From: a virus
Taxonomy: Duplodnaviria; Caudoviricetes
Virus record (IMG/VR): IMGVR_UViG_3300012971_000899
Location: 1 to 46,001 of that record
Strand: one strand, 5' to 3'
DNA: 46,001 bases
Of this stretch, positions 1 through 7,813 are shown piece after piece (positions within the stretch are counted from its first letter, which is position 1; each line of letters opens with the position of its first letter). The notes under the pieces are model-generated. The model worked only from the letters and a program-made list of their open reading frames with translations, made no database searches and was not told where the DNA came from. Position numbers and translations under genes: made by a program.

Positions 1-349
1 GTACACGGACGCGCGCGCGGCGCTGCTGGCGGAGTACGGCGACCTGGGGCCGCAGTACCGCATGCTGATCGAGCGCATGGCAGCCATCGACACCAAGCTG
101 AAGATCATCGAGCGCAGCGGGCGGGATGTGGACCCCGCCGAGTTCGAGGGGCTGCACAAGACGCACCTGGCGTACGTGAACCAGTTGCAGAAGTACACCG
201 AGGCGCAGAAGACCGAGAGCCTGAGCAAGCAGACCCAGGACACCGTCAGCGCGGTCATGCTGATCATCGAGCACCGCATCTCGGCCATCAACCCGCAGTT
301 GTGGCGCGAGATCGTCGGCGACGTCCGCAAAGCCATTGAAGCCGCGTGA
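1..349 (+). CDS. Helical protein, 5'-truncated; possible terminase small subunit
   Basis: Frame is open from base 2 (YTDARAALLAEYGDLGPQYR-MLIERMAAID...); helical character; sits at the head of the packaging/structural arm. Function is a positional guess. Confidence 0.4.
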   Translation, partial: YTDARAALLAEYGDLGPQYRMLIERMAAIDTKLKIIERSGRDVDPAEFEGLHKTHLAYVNQLQKYTEAQKTESLSKQTQDTVSAVMLIIEHRISAINPQLWREIVGDVRKAIEAA

Positions 350-399
350 GCAGGTTCGATAGGGCCGTAGGCCCGACTGAAGCTGCCTGAGGAGGACCC

Positions 400-864
400 A
401 TGGCATTTCCCCCTAGAGCCCGACCGCCGAAGGCGAAGGCGGCCCCCAGAGCCAGGGCCAAAGCGCCCCCGCGCAAGCCGACCGCTGCCAGGCCCAAGCC
501 CAGCTTCGGCGGCAACCCCGCCGACATGCTGCTGCCTGGCGGCGCCAGCCTGGAGGCGCCGCCGCCGCGTCTGCCTGGGCCGCGCGCGGTGCCCAGCGCG
601 ATCTCCTTCAGCCCCAACGCGCCGCCGCTCAGCGGGCCCAGCGCGCCGCTGGGCGTCGGCCAGCAAGCCAGGCCAGGCGCGGGCCACATGTCCAACTACG
701 GCCAGCCCAAAGGCGCGGGCACCAGCACCCGACCGCGTGTGGGCGCGGGCATGAGCGCCTCCAGAGACGCCGCCCTGGATAAGCAGGCGGGCATCAAGCC
801 AGGCTCGAAGAAAGACAACGCTCTTGACCGAAAACGCGGCGTCCCCGTCCGCAAGGCAAAGTGA
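400..864 (+). CDS. Basic Pro/Lys/Arg-rich disordered protein (154 aa)
   Basis: GGAGG RBS before ATG 400; stop overlaps the next start. Confidence 0.75.
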   Translation: MAFPPRARPPKAKAAPRARAKAPPRKPTAARPKPSFGGNPADMLLPGGASLEAPPPRLPGPRAVPSAISFSPNAPPLSGPSAPLGVGQQARPGAGHMSNYGQPKGAGTSTRPRVGAGMSASRDAALDKQAGIKPGSKKDNALDRKRGVPVRKAK

Positions 865-1091
865 TGGCCAAACTCAGCAGCGCCAGTCGGCAAAAGCTGC
901 CGTCCAGCAGTTTCGCTTTACCCGGAAAAGGCTCTGGCAAATCTGGCAAGGGGAGCGGCAGCTATCCGATCCCGGACAGGAGCCACGCTCAGAATGCCCT
1001 GGCGCGTGTGGCACAGCACGGGACTCCGGCTGAGAAAGCCACCGTGCGCGCCAAAGTCAAGGCCAGGTTTGGCATGGGCAAAAAGAAATGA
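864..1091 (+). CDS. Small basic phage protein, DUF6582-like (75 aa)
   Basis: KLPSSSFALPG...YPIPDRSHAQNALARVAQHG resembles a widespread small phage family; TGATG coupling. Confidence 0.7.
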   Translation: MAKLSSASRQKLPSSSFALPGKGSGKSGKGSGSYPIPDRSHAQNALARVAQHGTPAEKATVRAKVKARFGMGKKK

Positions 1092-1128
1092 CCCGCATCG
1101 ACACCGACGGAAGGACATATCCCACCTG

Positions 1129-1572
1129 ATGCCTGGTCCCGTCATTCCCGCTAACAACCCCGCGTTCCCCAACTCGGTCTTCCCCAACGGTGTGGATAAC
1201 ATCACCAACCAGATGCACGGGGAGATCCCCGACGCGATCTCGGCGCTGCAGACGGCGCTGCTGCCCAACCCGCCAGCGGGTTCGGGGTTGGGCTCCCTGA
1301 ACGTGGTCTCGCTGAACGTCTCGGGCACCGTCACGGCGGGCGCGCAGGTCTCAGCGGGCGGCAACGTGCTCGGCAACCAGTTGATCGCCACGGGCCGCCT
1401 GCGGCCAGGCGATGGCACCACCGCCTCGCCGAACGGCATCTACGGCGGCACGGGTGCACCCAGCGCGGCGCTGGGGGCCGACGGCGACTACTACTTCCGC
1501 TCGGGCACGCCTGGCACGAGCTTGCAGCGCATCTACATTCGCAGCGCGGGCGCCTGGGTCGGCATCGTGTGA
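1129..1572 (+). CDS. Short fibre/decoration protein (147 aa)
   Basis: ATG 1129; N-terminal FPNSVFP..VD...H...PDAISALQT anchor; C-terminal GTGAPSAALGADGDYYFRS...IYIRSAGAW fibre motif. Confidence 0.7.
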   Translation: MPGPVIPANNPAFPNSVFPNGVDNITNQMHGEIPDAISALQTALLPNPPAGSGLGSLNVVSLNVSGTVTAGAQVSAGGNVLGNQLIATGRLRPGDGTTASPNGIYGGTGAPSAALGADGDYYFRSGTPGTSLQRIYIRSAGAWVGIV

Positions 1573-4388
1573 CGCTGCAACTGGTCAGCACCGACTCGAC
1601 CCCGCTGCCGCCGCTGTTCGCCCATCTGCGGCTGGTCGAGGCGCAGCCTGACCTGGAGCCGATCTACATCTCCATCCCCGCGCCCGCCGTGCAGGTACGC
1701 ACCGACGGTGGCTATGACATCTATCCCGGCAGCTTCTTTCCGGGGCAGGTGGACAAGATTCGCAACCATCCCCACCCGCAGACACCGGACGCCATCATGG
1801 CGCTGGAGACGTTCCTGATCGGCGGTGTGGGACCCACGCTGCCGGGCGCCACGTTCACGGGCAACGTCACTGTCAACTCGCCCGCCGCGTTCATCGGCAA
1901 CGGCAGCGTGCCGCCGGGCGGTGCTGTGGGGCAGGTCCTGACCAAGACGAGTGCGGGCGACTACGCCGTGGCCTGGCAGAACGCGACGGGCGGCGGGCTG
2001 ACGCTGCCGCTGACGCAGAACCTGACGTTCTCTCCGTCTGCCACGTGGAACATCGGCGACAACACCGGCGGGCTGCATCCGTACCGCATCTTCGCCGAGA
2101 GCGACCTGGTGCTGGGTAATCCCACCGCGCCGGACATGCAGATCCAGTGGGACACCATCGGTACCAGCAGCACCCTGTTCCTCGATCCGGTCTACGATCT
2201 GTACCTGGGCGCAGGTCAAACGCGGCGCTGGTGGCTGCAGCCTGCCGGCCATTTCGTGGCGCAGACAGACAACACGTACGACATCGGTGCCGCTGCCGCC
2301 AATCGCCCGCGCAACGTGTACGCGGGCACAAGTTTTGTTGGCCCAGGCGCGGTGCCCACGGGCGGCACCGCCGGCCAGGTGCTCTCGAAAGTTGACGCTA
2401 CCAATTACAACCTGGTGTGGACGACGCCCGGTGGGGGTGTGACGTGGCCGCTGTACGCCCCCGACGGCACGTTCTCGGCGCCCAGCTACAGCTTCGTCAA
2501 CTCGCAGACCACGGGCATCTTCCGCAACGGCGCGGACACCATCGGCTTCTCGACCGCCGGTCTGCTGCGCTGGGCGATCAGCGCGGCGGGCCATCTGGTC
2601 ACGCCTGCCGACAACACGTATGACATTGGCCAGAGCGGCGCGACACGTCCGCGCGATCTGTGGCTGGGCCGCAACCTGGCCGTCGCGGGCACCTCCACGT
2701 TGACGGGCACTACCAGTGTGGGCGGCGCGCCGCAGACGCACATCGCGCTGTACGTCGTGCCGACGACGCTCGCCACCGCCAATCAATACGGCACGTATAG
2801 CTCGCCTATTTTCTCGTCGGCCGCGACCGCGTCCGGGTCGGCGATCTACGTCTTCCTGCGAACGGCGGGCGTCGTCTACACCATGGCGACCGGCTACGCC
2901 ATCCAGGTTGCCGCGCCCAGTATCGGCGCGGGCTCCACCGCGACCACGGTGTACGGCATCAACGTCGCCAATCAGGGCGGCGCGAGCCGCACCAGCGTGT
3001 ATGGCGTCTACATCGCCGCGCAGTCAGGCGCGTCCACACTCAACATTGGACTCTTCAACGCGGGCTCGACGCGGTTCGACGGCCCACTGGACTGGAACAC
3101 CGACAACACCTACGACATCGGCGCGAGCGGTGCCAACCGCCCCCGGAACCTGTACCTGGCGGGCAACATCTTCCTGGCGTCCAACCTCACCGCTGCCACG
3201 GCGAACATGACGCTCTACGCCAACAACGCGGTGGTCTTCGCGCCCGGCAGTGCGTCGTGGTGGTTCGATGCGGCGGGTCTCAAGGCAGGTACTGACAACG
3301 CCTACGACATCGGTGCCAGCGGCGCGAACCGGCCGCGCAACCTGTACCTGGCCGGTGCTGCCACGATCGGTGGGTCCGAGACAATCAGCGGTTCGCTCAC
3401 GCTGGCCGACAAGCAGTGGCTTATCGGCGGCGCCCAGGCGGGCGGCGTCGCGGCGCAGAACCTGATCCGCAAGACCGAGTTTGGCTACGCCAGCGGCACC
3501 ACGTACGGCGCCATCCAGATCGGTACGAACCAGTCGATCTCCCTGGGTGTGGACGTCAGCGCCATCACCGGCGGCAGCTTCAACGGCAACAATGAGTTGA
3601 TCGTTGCCAATACGTTTTCGATTAGTCAGTTGAACGCTGGCGGCACCGACTTCTTGAGCGGTTTGCGTCTCAGCAACGGTGTCCTGACGATCTTCGGGAC
3701 CACGAGCGTCGGTGGGTTACCACCGGGCCAACCGACGATCAAAGCGGTGGGCACCTCATTGAGCATCGACTCGCAGTCTTCGACCTGGGTGACTGGCGCG
3801 GCTGGGACTGCCGTCGCTGGCAATGCCTACTTCGATGGCACCAACTGGCAGCGCTACAACACGGGCAATCCGGCGACGCTCATGGTCGCTGGGCCGACGA
3901 CCTTGTCGCTTCAAAATGCCCCAGCCGGCGCGAACCCGATTACGTGGACTCAACGGGTCTTGCTCGACGCCGCGAGCGGCAAGGTGACGCTGCCAGCCGG
4001 TACCGCGCAGCAGGCGATGGGCCAATACGTGGGCGCCCCCACGTTCTCGATCTCAACGGTCAACACATGGACCGAGACGCCGATCAAGGCGACCATCACC
4101 TCGACCGGGGCGCTGCTGCGGATCGAATACTCCACGTGCTGGAAGCACTCGGCGGCGAATGCCACGTGTCAGCTCGGTCTTGGCTTCGACGGGACAGTCA
4201 GCATTGGCCTGCTGGAAACAACTCAGGCGCTCGCAACTGCCTCCATCCCCTACAGCGGGGTGTATTACACGACCCTTCCCGCAGGTAGTCACACGGTGGC
4301 GGTCTGGATGATCAACAACTCGACCGGCACCCTGTCGATTGACAACGGCATCAACTCAACTATCTACGTGACGGAGCAACGCTGCTGA
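1569..4388 (+). CDS. Long fibre / receptor-binding protein (939 aa)
   Basis: G/T/A/S-rich; four DN[TA]YDIG..[AG]A[NT]RPR repeats; two VP.GG..GQVL.K repeats; beta-rich C-terminal head. Confidence 0.85.
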   Translation: MTLQLVSTDSTPLPPLFAHLRLVEAQPDLEPIYISIPAPAVQVRTDGGYDIYPGSFFPGQVDKIRNHPHPQTPDAIMALETFLIGGVGPTLPGATFTGNVTVNSPAAFIGNGSVPPGGAVGQVLTKTSAGDYAVAWQNATGGGLTLPLTQNLTFSPSATWNIGDNTGGLHPYRIFAESDLVLGNPTAPDMQIQWDTIGTSSTLFLDPVYDLYLGAGQTRRWWLQPAGHFVAQTDNTYDIGAAAANRPRNVYAGTSFVGPGAVPTGGTAGQVLSKVDATNYNLVWTTPGGGVTWPLYAPDGTFSAPSYSFVNSQTTGIFRNGADTIGFSTAGLLRWAISAAGHLVTPADNTYDIGQSGATRPRDLWLGRNLAVAGTSTLTGTTSVGGAPQTHIALYVVPTTLATANQYGTYSSPIFSSAATASGSAIYVFLRTAGVVYTMATGYAIQVAAPSIGAGSTATTVYGINVANQGGASRTSVYGVYIAAQSGASTLNIGLFNAGSTRFDGPLDWNTDNTYDIGASGANRPRNLYLAGNIFLASNLTAATANMTLYANNAVVFAPGSASWWFDAAGLKAGTDNAYDIGASGANRPRNLYLAGAATIGGSETISGSLTLADKQWLIGGAQAGGVAAQNLIRKTEFGYASGTTYGAIQIGTNQSISLGVDVSAITGGSFNGNNELIVANTFSISQLNAGGTDFLSGLRLSNGVLTIFGTTSVGGLPPGQPTIKAVGTSLSIDSQSSTWVTGAAGTAVAGNAYFDGTNWQRYNTGNPATLMVAGPTTLSLQNAPAGANPITWTQRVLLDAASGKVTLPAGTAQQAMGQYVGAPTFSISTVNTWTETPIKATITSTGALLRIEYSTCWKHSAANATCQLGLGFDGTVSIGLLETTQALATASIPYSGVYYTTLPAGSHTVAVWMINNSTGTLSIDNGINSTIYVTEQRC
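2268..3352 (+). repeat. Four dispersed ~20-aa fibre repeats (DNTYDIGASGANRPRNLYL type)
   Basis: Copies start near 2268, 2610, 3102 and 3294; the last two differ at one residue in the core. Confidence 0.9.
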
Positions 4389-4401
4389 AAGGATCCGCCG
4401 T

Positions 4402-4680
4402 GTGACCATTCCTCCCCAACCGCCCGCGACGATTGGCACCCAGCCCAGGACCGCCGAAGAGGTAAACGCGCTCACTGGGCTGCACCTGAAGGCGTTCCTG
4501 GCGTCGAAGGCGACGATCAACCAGGACGCGTCCTTCTTCGCGGCGACGGACCTGAAAGCGGCGCCGTACTACTTTACGGCCGATCAGGAGACCGACCTGA
4601 AGTCGGCCATCATCCAGCTTGACACGGCGCTCGACGCGGTGGACCTGACGTTTATCAACCGCATCGTGGGCATGTTTTGA
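4402..4680 (+). CDS. Hypothetical protein (92 aa), possible fibre chaperone
   Basis: AAGGA RBS, GTG start, immediately downstream of the fibre gene. Confidence 0.65.
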   Translation: MTIPPQPPATIGTQPRTAEEVNALTGLHLKAFLASKATINQDASFFAATDLKAAPYYFTADQETDLKSAIIQLDTALDAVDLTFINRIVGMF

Positions 4681-4715
4681 GGTCGTACTATTTCACCCTG
4701 AAAGGGGACCCGCTA

Positions 4716-5009
4716 GTGACCGACACGACCGAGGAGCCGACCGTCCCGCCAACCGATCCAGAAGTCCCGGAGGGCGGTGTGGAAGCGGAGCCGCCGCCGC
4801 CGGCCCCGATTGCCGCCCCGCCCGAGCCCGAGAGCCTGGCCGAGCAGGTGCAGCGCATGGCGCACACCGTGCCCGAGAGCACCGGCCCCAGCGACGTGGT
4901 GCCGAATCGCCCGAACATCCGCCCACCTGAGCCTGCTGTGGAGCCCAGCGAGGACGCGAACGAGGCCACGCCCGTCGAGGAGCCCGCCGCCGAGGAGCCG
5001 AGCGCCTGA
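4716..5009 (+). CDS. Acidic Pro/Glu-rich disordered protein (97 aa)
   Basis: AAAGGGG RBS before GTG 4716; TGATG coupling to next gene. Confidence 0.7.
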   Translation: MTDTTEEPTVPPTDPEVPEGGVEAEPPPPAPIAAPPEPESLAEQVQRMAHTVPESTGPSDVVPNRPNIRPPEPAVEPSEDANEATPVEEPAAEEPSA

Positions 5010-5506
5010 TGCCCGCGCCAGCAGCGGGCACGGCCTACGGCATCCCGTACCTCACGCTCAACAACGTCAACTTCTCCAGCACGGCCTCGGGTAACGGCTT
5101 CACCGTCACGTGTGAGACAGACCAGGCGTGCATCCTGTCGATGGACTACTACCCGCAGGACGGACGCCTCAGCAGCGCTCCGTCCAACAACGGCACCGTC
5201 ACCGACTCGGGCGCGCTGCTCAAGCACACCTTCACGGTGACGTTCTCCGACGCGCGCAACGCGGGCCAGTTCATCGGCTTCCGCATTCGGTCGGACGTCA
5301 CGGACACGTCAGGCTTGACGCTGCGGCCGTATATCGGCAGCGTGCGTCTGGCGGGCTCGCGCACGACGGGCAAGGGCACCGCCACGCCTGTCAAGTTCTT
5401 TGCCTTCGGCGGCGCGCCGCCCGCCCCCGCTGGCGGCGGCACAGGTACAAGCGCTGGCTCGTGGAACCAGTACACCTGGAGCCAGTGGAACCCCAAGGGG
5501 ACGTGA
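5009..5506 (+). CDS. Beta-sandwich (FN3/Ig-like) virion protein (165 aa)
   Basis: FTVTCETDQACILSMDY...HTFTVTF pattern; Trp-rich C-terminal tail. Confidence 0.55.
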   Translation: MPAPAAGTAYGIPYLTLNNVNFSSTASGNGFTVTCETDQACILSMDYYPQDGRLSSAPSNNGTVTDSGALLKHTFTVTFSDARNAGQFIGFRIRSDVTDTSGLTLRPYIGSVRLAGSRTTGKGTATPVKFFAFGGAPPAPAGGGTGTSAGSWNQYTWSQWNPKGT

Positions 5507-5507
5507 C

Positions 5508-6260
5508 GTGAGTATCTACAACGTCAGCGTGGTCGCCGCGCCGACCTCGCTGGCGTTCAGCTTCCTGGAGTCGGACCGAAGCGGGCCGTACTACCCGGTG
5601 GCGTTCACCACACTGTGGGCCACGTACGTGGACGCGAACACCGTGTTCACCAAGACCGTCGGCGCGCTCGGCGCGAACACGGTTACGGTGCCCGGTCTGA
5701 CGGCCAGGACGCAGTACGGCTACTACCTGGCCAACGCCAAGGACGCTGCCGGCACCCAGCTTCATAACACGTACTCGGGACCCGCCAGCCCGATCCTGAC
5801 GCGGACGCTGGCCAACCCGAGCAACGTGCCGCCGTGGTACTTCATCTACGGCTGGCGCTCGATGCTGTGGTCGAACTACGGGCCGCTGGTCAACGCCAAC
5901 ATGTTCACCACGTTTACCGTCACGGGCGTGACCGCGACCAGCGCGCAGATCAACTGCACGCTCGCCCTGGACGGGGTGTGGAGCGCGGCGTTCGGCAGGC
6001 AGGCCAACGGTTACCTGGGCCGCACGCTGGGCAGGGCCGTCAACGGCGGCCAGGCCGACGCGGTGCTGATCACGGGCCTGCTGCCCAACACCCAGTACTT
6101 CGTGGACGTCATCGCGCAGATCAACGACCCCAACGTGAAAGGCATCCCGCAGTCGGGCCTGTACACCGCCGTGGCACTCACGTTTACCACCGCGCAGGGC
6201 GTGCCGCTGTCGCTGCCGCTGGACAATACGCTGCCGCTGCAGTTGGAGATGGCGGCATGA
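5508..6260 (+). CDS. Protein with two fibronectin type III-like domains (250 aa)
   Basis: TVTVPGLTARTQYGYYL and VLITGLLPNTQYFVDVIA match the FN3 'GL.P.T.Y' signature; GTG start at 5508. Confidence 0.75.
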   Translation: MSIYNVSVVAAPTSLAFSFLESDRSGPYYPVAFTTLWATYVDANTVFTKTVGALGANTVTVPGLTARTQYGYYLANAKDAAGTQLHNTYSGPASPILTRTLANPSNVPPWYFIYGWRSMLWSNYGPLVNANMFTTFTVTGVTATSAQINCTLALDGVWSAAFGRQANGYLGRTLGRAVNGGQADAVLITGLLPNTQYFVDVIAQINDPNVKGIPQSGLYTAVALTFTTAQGVPLSLPLDNTLPLQLEMAA

Positions 6261-6487
6261 GCGACGTCGGCAACCAGGCTGCCTGGAGTTCGGTCGTGGA
6301 CGGGCTGGTCTTCAATCCGGATACGGCCATCTGCCGGAAATGGCTGGAGTTGAAGTCGTACGGCACGTACATCGGCGTGCCGGTCTCAGACGAGCTTGAC
6401 GACCCGGACACGGGCGGCAAGCAGATGGCGTTCTCGTCCGGCGCGGTGATTGCCTGGGATCCGCGCAGCGGGGCCAGCGTTGCCTAG
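6257..6487 (+). CDS. Stand-alone LGFP-repeat-like protein (76 aa)
   Basis: AICRKW...IGVPVSDE...GGKQMAFSSGAVIAWDPRSGA fits the LGFP repeat pattern; ATGA overlap with GGAG RBS. Confidence 0.7.
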   Translation: MSDVGNQAAWSSVVDGLVFNPDTAICRKWLELKSYGTYIGVPVSDELDDPDTGGKQMAFSSGAVIAWDPRSGASVA

Positions 6488-7010
6488 CCCAGCGGCGTTG
6501 TTCGCTCCGCCGCGTCTGCTGCAGCCGCCCGCGCCGCAGCCGACGTGGTGGGACACGTTTCAGTCGAATCGCGGTCTGGCCATGCCGCCGCAGGTGTACT
6601 CGTGGACATGCTCGATCTGCGCGGCCAACTGGGTCATCGAGGCGACGGGTTTCGACCCGAACGCCAGCCGCGAGCAGACGGCGTATGCTCTCGGCTACCC
6701 AACGTGCGTCAATCCTGCCGTCGGTCTGGCCGATACCACGTGCATGGTGCACCTGTTTGAAAGCTATGGGGTTGCCGCGTTTCAAGAGTGGGTCAATTGG
6801 GAGCGGGCTTACTCGCTGTGTGAGCAGACAACAGGCGTCCTGAACAGCACGCGTTGGTACCATTTCGTTGCAATTCGAGGGGTGCGTAACGGAAATCTAT
6901 GGGTGGCCAATAGTGCGCCTGGATATCAGGGCATCTGGGATGATGTATCGCCTGCCCAGTTCGCCGCGTGGGCTGGCTCGTGGCAGGTGGTTTGGCTGGA
7001 GAGACCGTGA
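6480..7010 (+). CDS. Papain-fold C39-like cysteine peptidase (about 176 aa); endolysin or maturation protease candidate
   Basis: PQVYSWTC (oxyanion Q, catalytic C), HFVAIRG (H), LWVANS (N); start codon uncertain. Confidence 0.75.
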   Translation: MPSPAALFAPPRLLQPPAPQPTWWDTFQSNRGLAMPPQVYSWTCSICAANWVIEATGFDPNASREQTAYALGYPTCVNPAVGLADTTCMVHLFESYGVAAFQEWVNWERAYSLCEQTTGVLNSTRWYHFVAIRGVRNGNLWVANSAPGYQGIWDDVSPAQFAAWAGSWQVVWLERP

Positions 7011-7071
7011 GCGTTTCTTCCTTGGGCGGCCCCGACGTCGGCGGCGCTGGCGGCGTCCCTACCATGAGCGC

Positions 7072-7173
7072 GTGTCCCAATCACACCACGCCTGGGTTAC
7101 GTATGCCGTCTACGCGACGGTGCTGCTCGTGCTCATGCTGACCATCATCTTCATCTGGTGGAGGGCCGCCTGA
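7072..7173 (+). CDS. Single-TM micro-protein (33 aa), holin/antiholin-like
   Basis: VTYAVYATVLLVLMLTIIFIWWR hydrophobic helix; follows the peptidase; stop overlaps next ATG; start uncertain. Confidence 0.55.
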   Translation: MSQSHHAWVTYAVYATVLLVLMLTIIFIWWRAA

Positions 7174-7343
7174 TGCCTGGACCTGGCTATTCGAAGAAGT
7201 TTCCGCACGGCAAGTCGATCAAGAACCCGGCCACGTACGAAGCTCTCCGGCGAGAAGGGAAAAGCAAGTCGTCCGCTGCTGCCATCTCGAATGATGCACT
7301 CAATAAAGGTCATGCCAAGGGTGTTCATCGCAGTGGAAAATGA
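7173..7343 (+). CDS. Small basic protein, DUF7218-like (56 aa)
   Basis: SIKNPATYEALRREGKSKSSAAAISN motif; GGAGGG RBS. Confidence 0.65.
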   Translation: MPGPGYSKKFPHGKSIKNPATYEALRREGKSKSSAAAISNDALNKGHAKGVHRSGK

Positions 7344-7383
7344 TCTGGCTTACCTCGCGGGACTGATCGACAATGATGCATGA
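7333..7383 (+). pseudogene. Truncated LAGLIDADG homing-endonuclease remnant (MENDLAYLAGLIDNDA*)
   Basis: Hand translation from GTG 7333 gives DLAYLAGLIDND followed by a stop. Confidence 0.6.
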
Positions 7384-7407
7384 ACTCAACAGGAGAGGAG
7401 CAGCCTG

Positions 7408-7509
7408 ATGGCAGGTAGCAAGATGGGTTGCGGCAACAGTGGGCGCTGCGTGCCGCAGATCAAGGCGGGTACGGGACGTGTCCCGTCCTCGAAAGGCAAG
7501 AAGTACTGA
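7408..7509 (+). CDS. Basic micro-protein MAGSKMGCGNSGRCVPQIKAGTGRVPSSKGKKY (33 aa)
   Basis: Strong AGGAGAGGAG RBS 7 nt upstream; absent from the ORF track. Confidence 0.7.
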   Translation: MAGSKMGCGNSGRCVPQIKAGTGRVPSSKGKKY

Positions 7510-7511
7510 CC

Positions 7512-7640
7512 ATGCCGTTCGTGCCGTTCAAGAAGGGTGAGGGCGGCAAGGCTCAAACAGCACCTTCAAAAAAGGGTAAGCCCGCGAAAACCCCCAAAGA
7601 CAATCCCTTTGCGACCAAAAAGACACGCAGGAGTCCTTGA
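7512..7640 (+). CDS. Lys-rich micro-protein MPFVPFKKG...TRRSP (42 aa)
   Basis: ATG 2 nt after the previous stop; TGATG coupling downstream. Confidence 0.65.
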   Translation: MPFVPFKKGEGGKAQTAPSKKGKPAKTPKDNPFATKKTRRSP

Positions 7641-7753
7641 TGCCGCCTATCAAACGCACGGGTAATTCGAGCGGTGGCCGTGTCGGCAAGCCCACGAGCG
7701 TCGTCCACAAGACGCCCGCGCCCAAGAAAGCGCCCACCCGAATCAAGTGCTGA
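7640..7753 (+). CDS. Basic micro-protein MPPIKRTGNSSGGRVGKPTSVVHKTPAPKKAPTRIKC (37 aa)
   Basis: AGGAG RBS, TGATG overlap; absent from the ORF track. Confidence 0.65.
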   Translation: MPPIKRTGNSSGGRVGKPTSVVHKTPAPKKAPTRIKC

Positions 7754-7760
7754 GCTTGTT

Positions 7761-7813
7761 TCACAGTTTCACAACCGCCTTACGGCAGGGAGCGTGAAAG
7801 AGTGAAACTGTGA
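7761..7813. promoter_or_regulatory. Perfect 12-bp inverted repeat overlapping the TerL start codon
   Basis: TCACAGTTTCAC (7761-7772) and GTGAAACTGTGA (7802-7813); GTG start at 7810. Confidence 0.75.

Noticed and set aside
2268-3352. Fibre repeats as a DGR template/variable pair or a CRISPR array
   Set aside because: Repeats are coding, differences are mostly synonymous rather than adenine-specific, spacing is irregular, and no reverse transcriptase is present in the window
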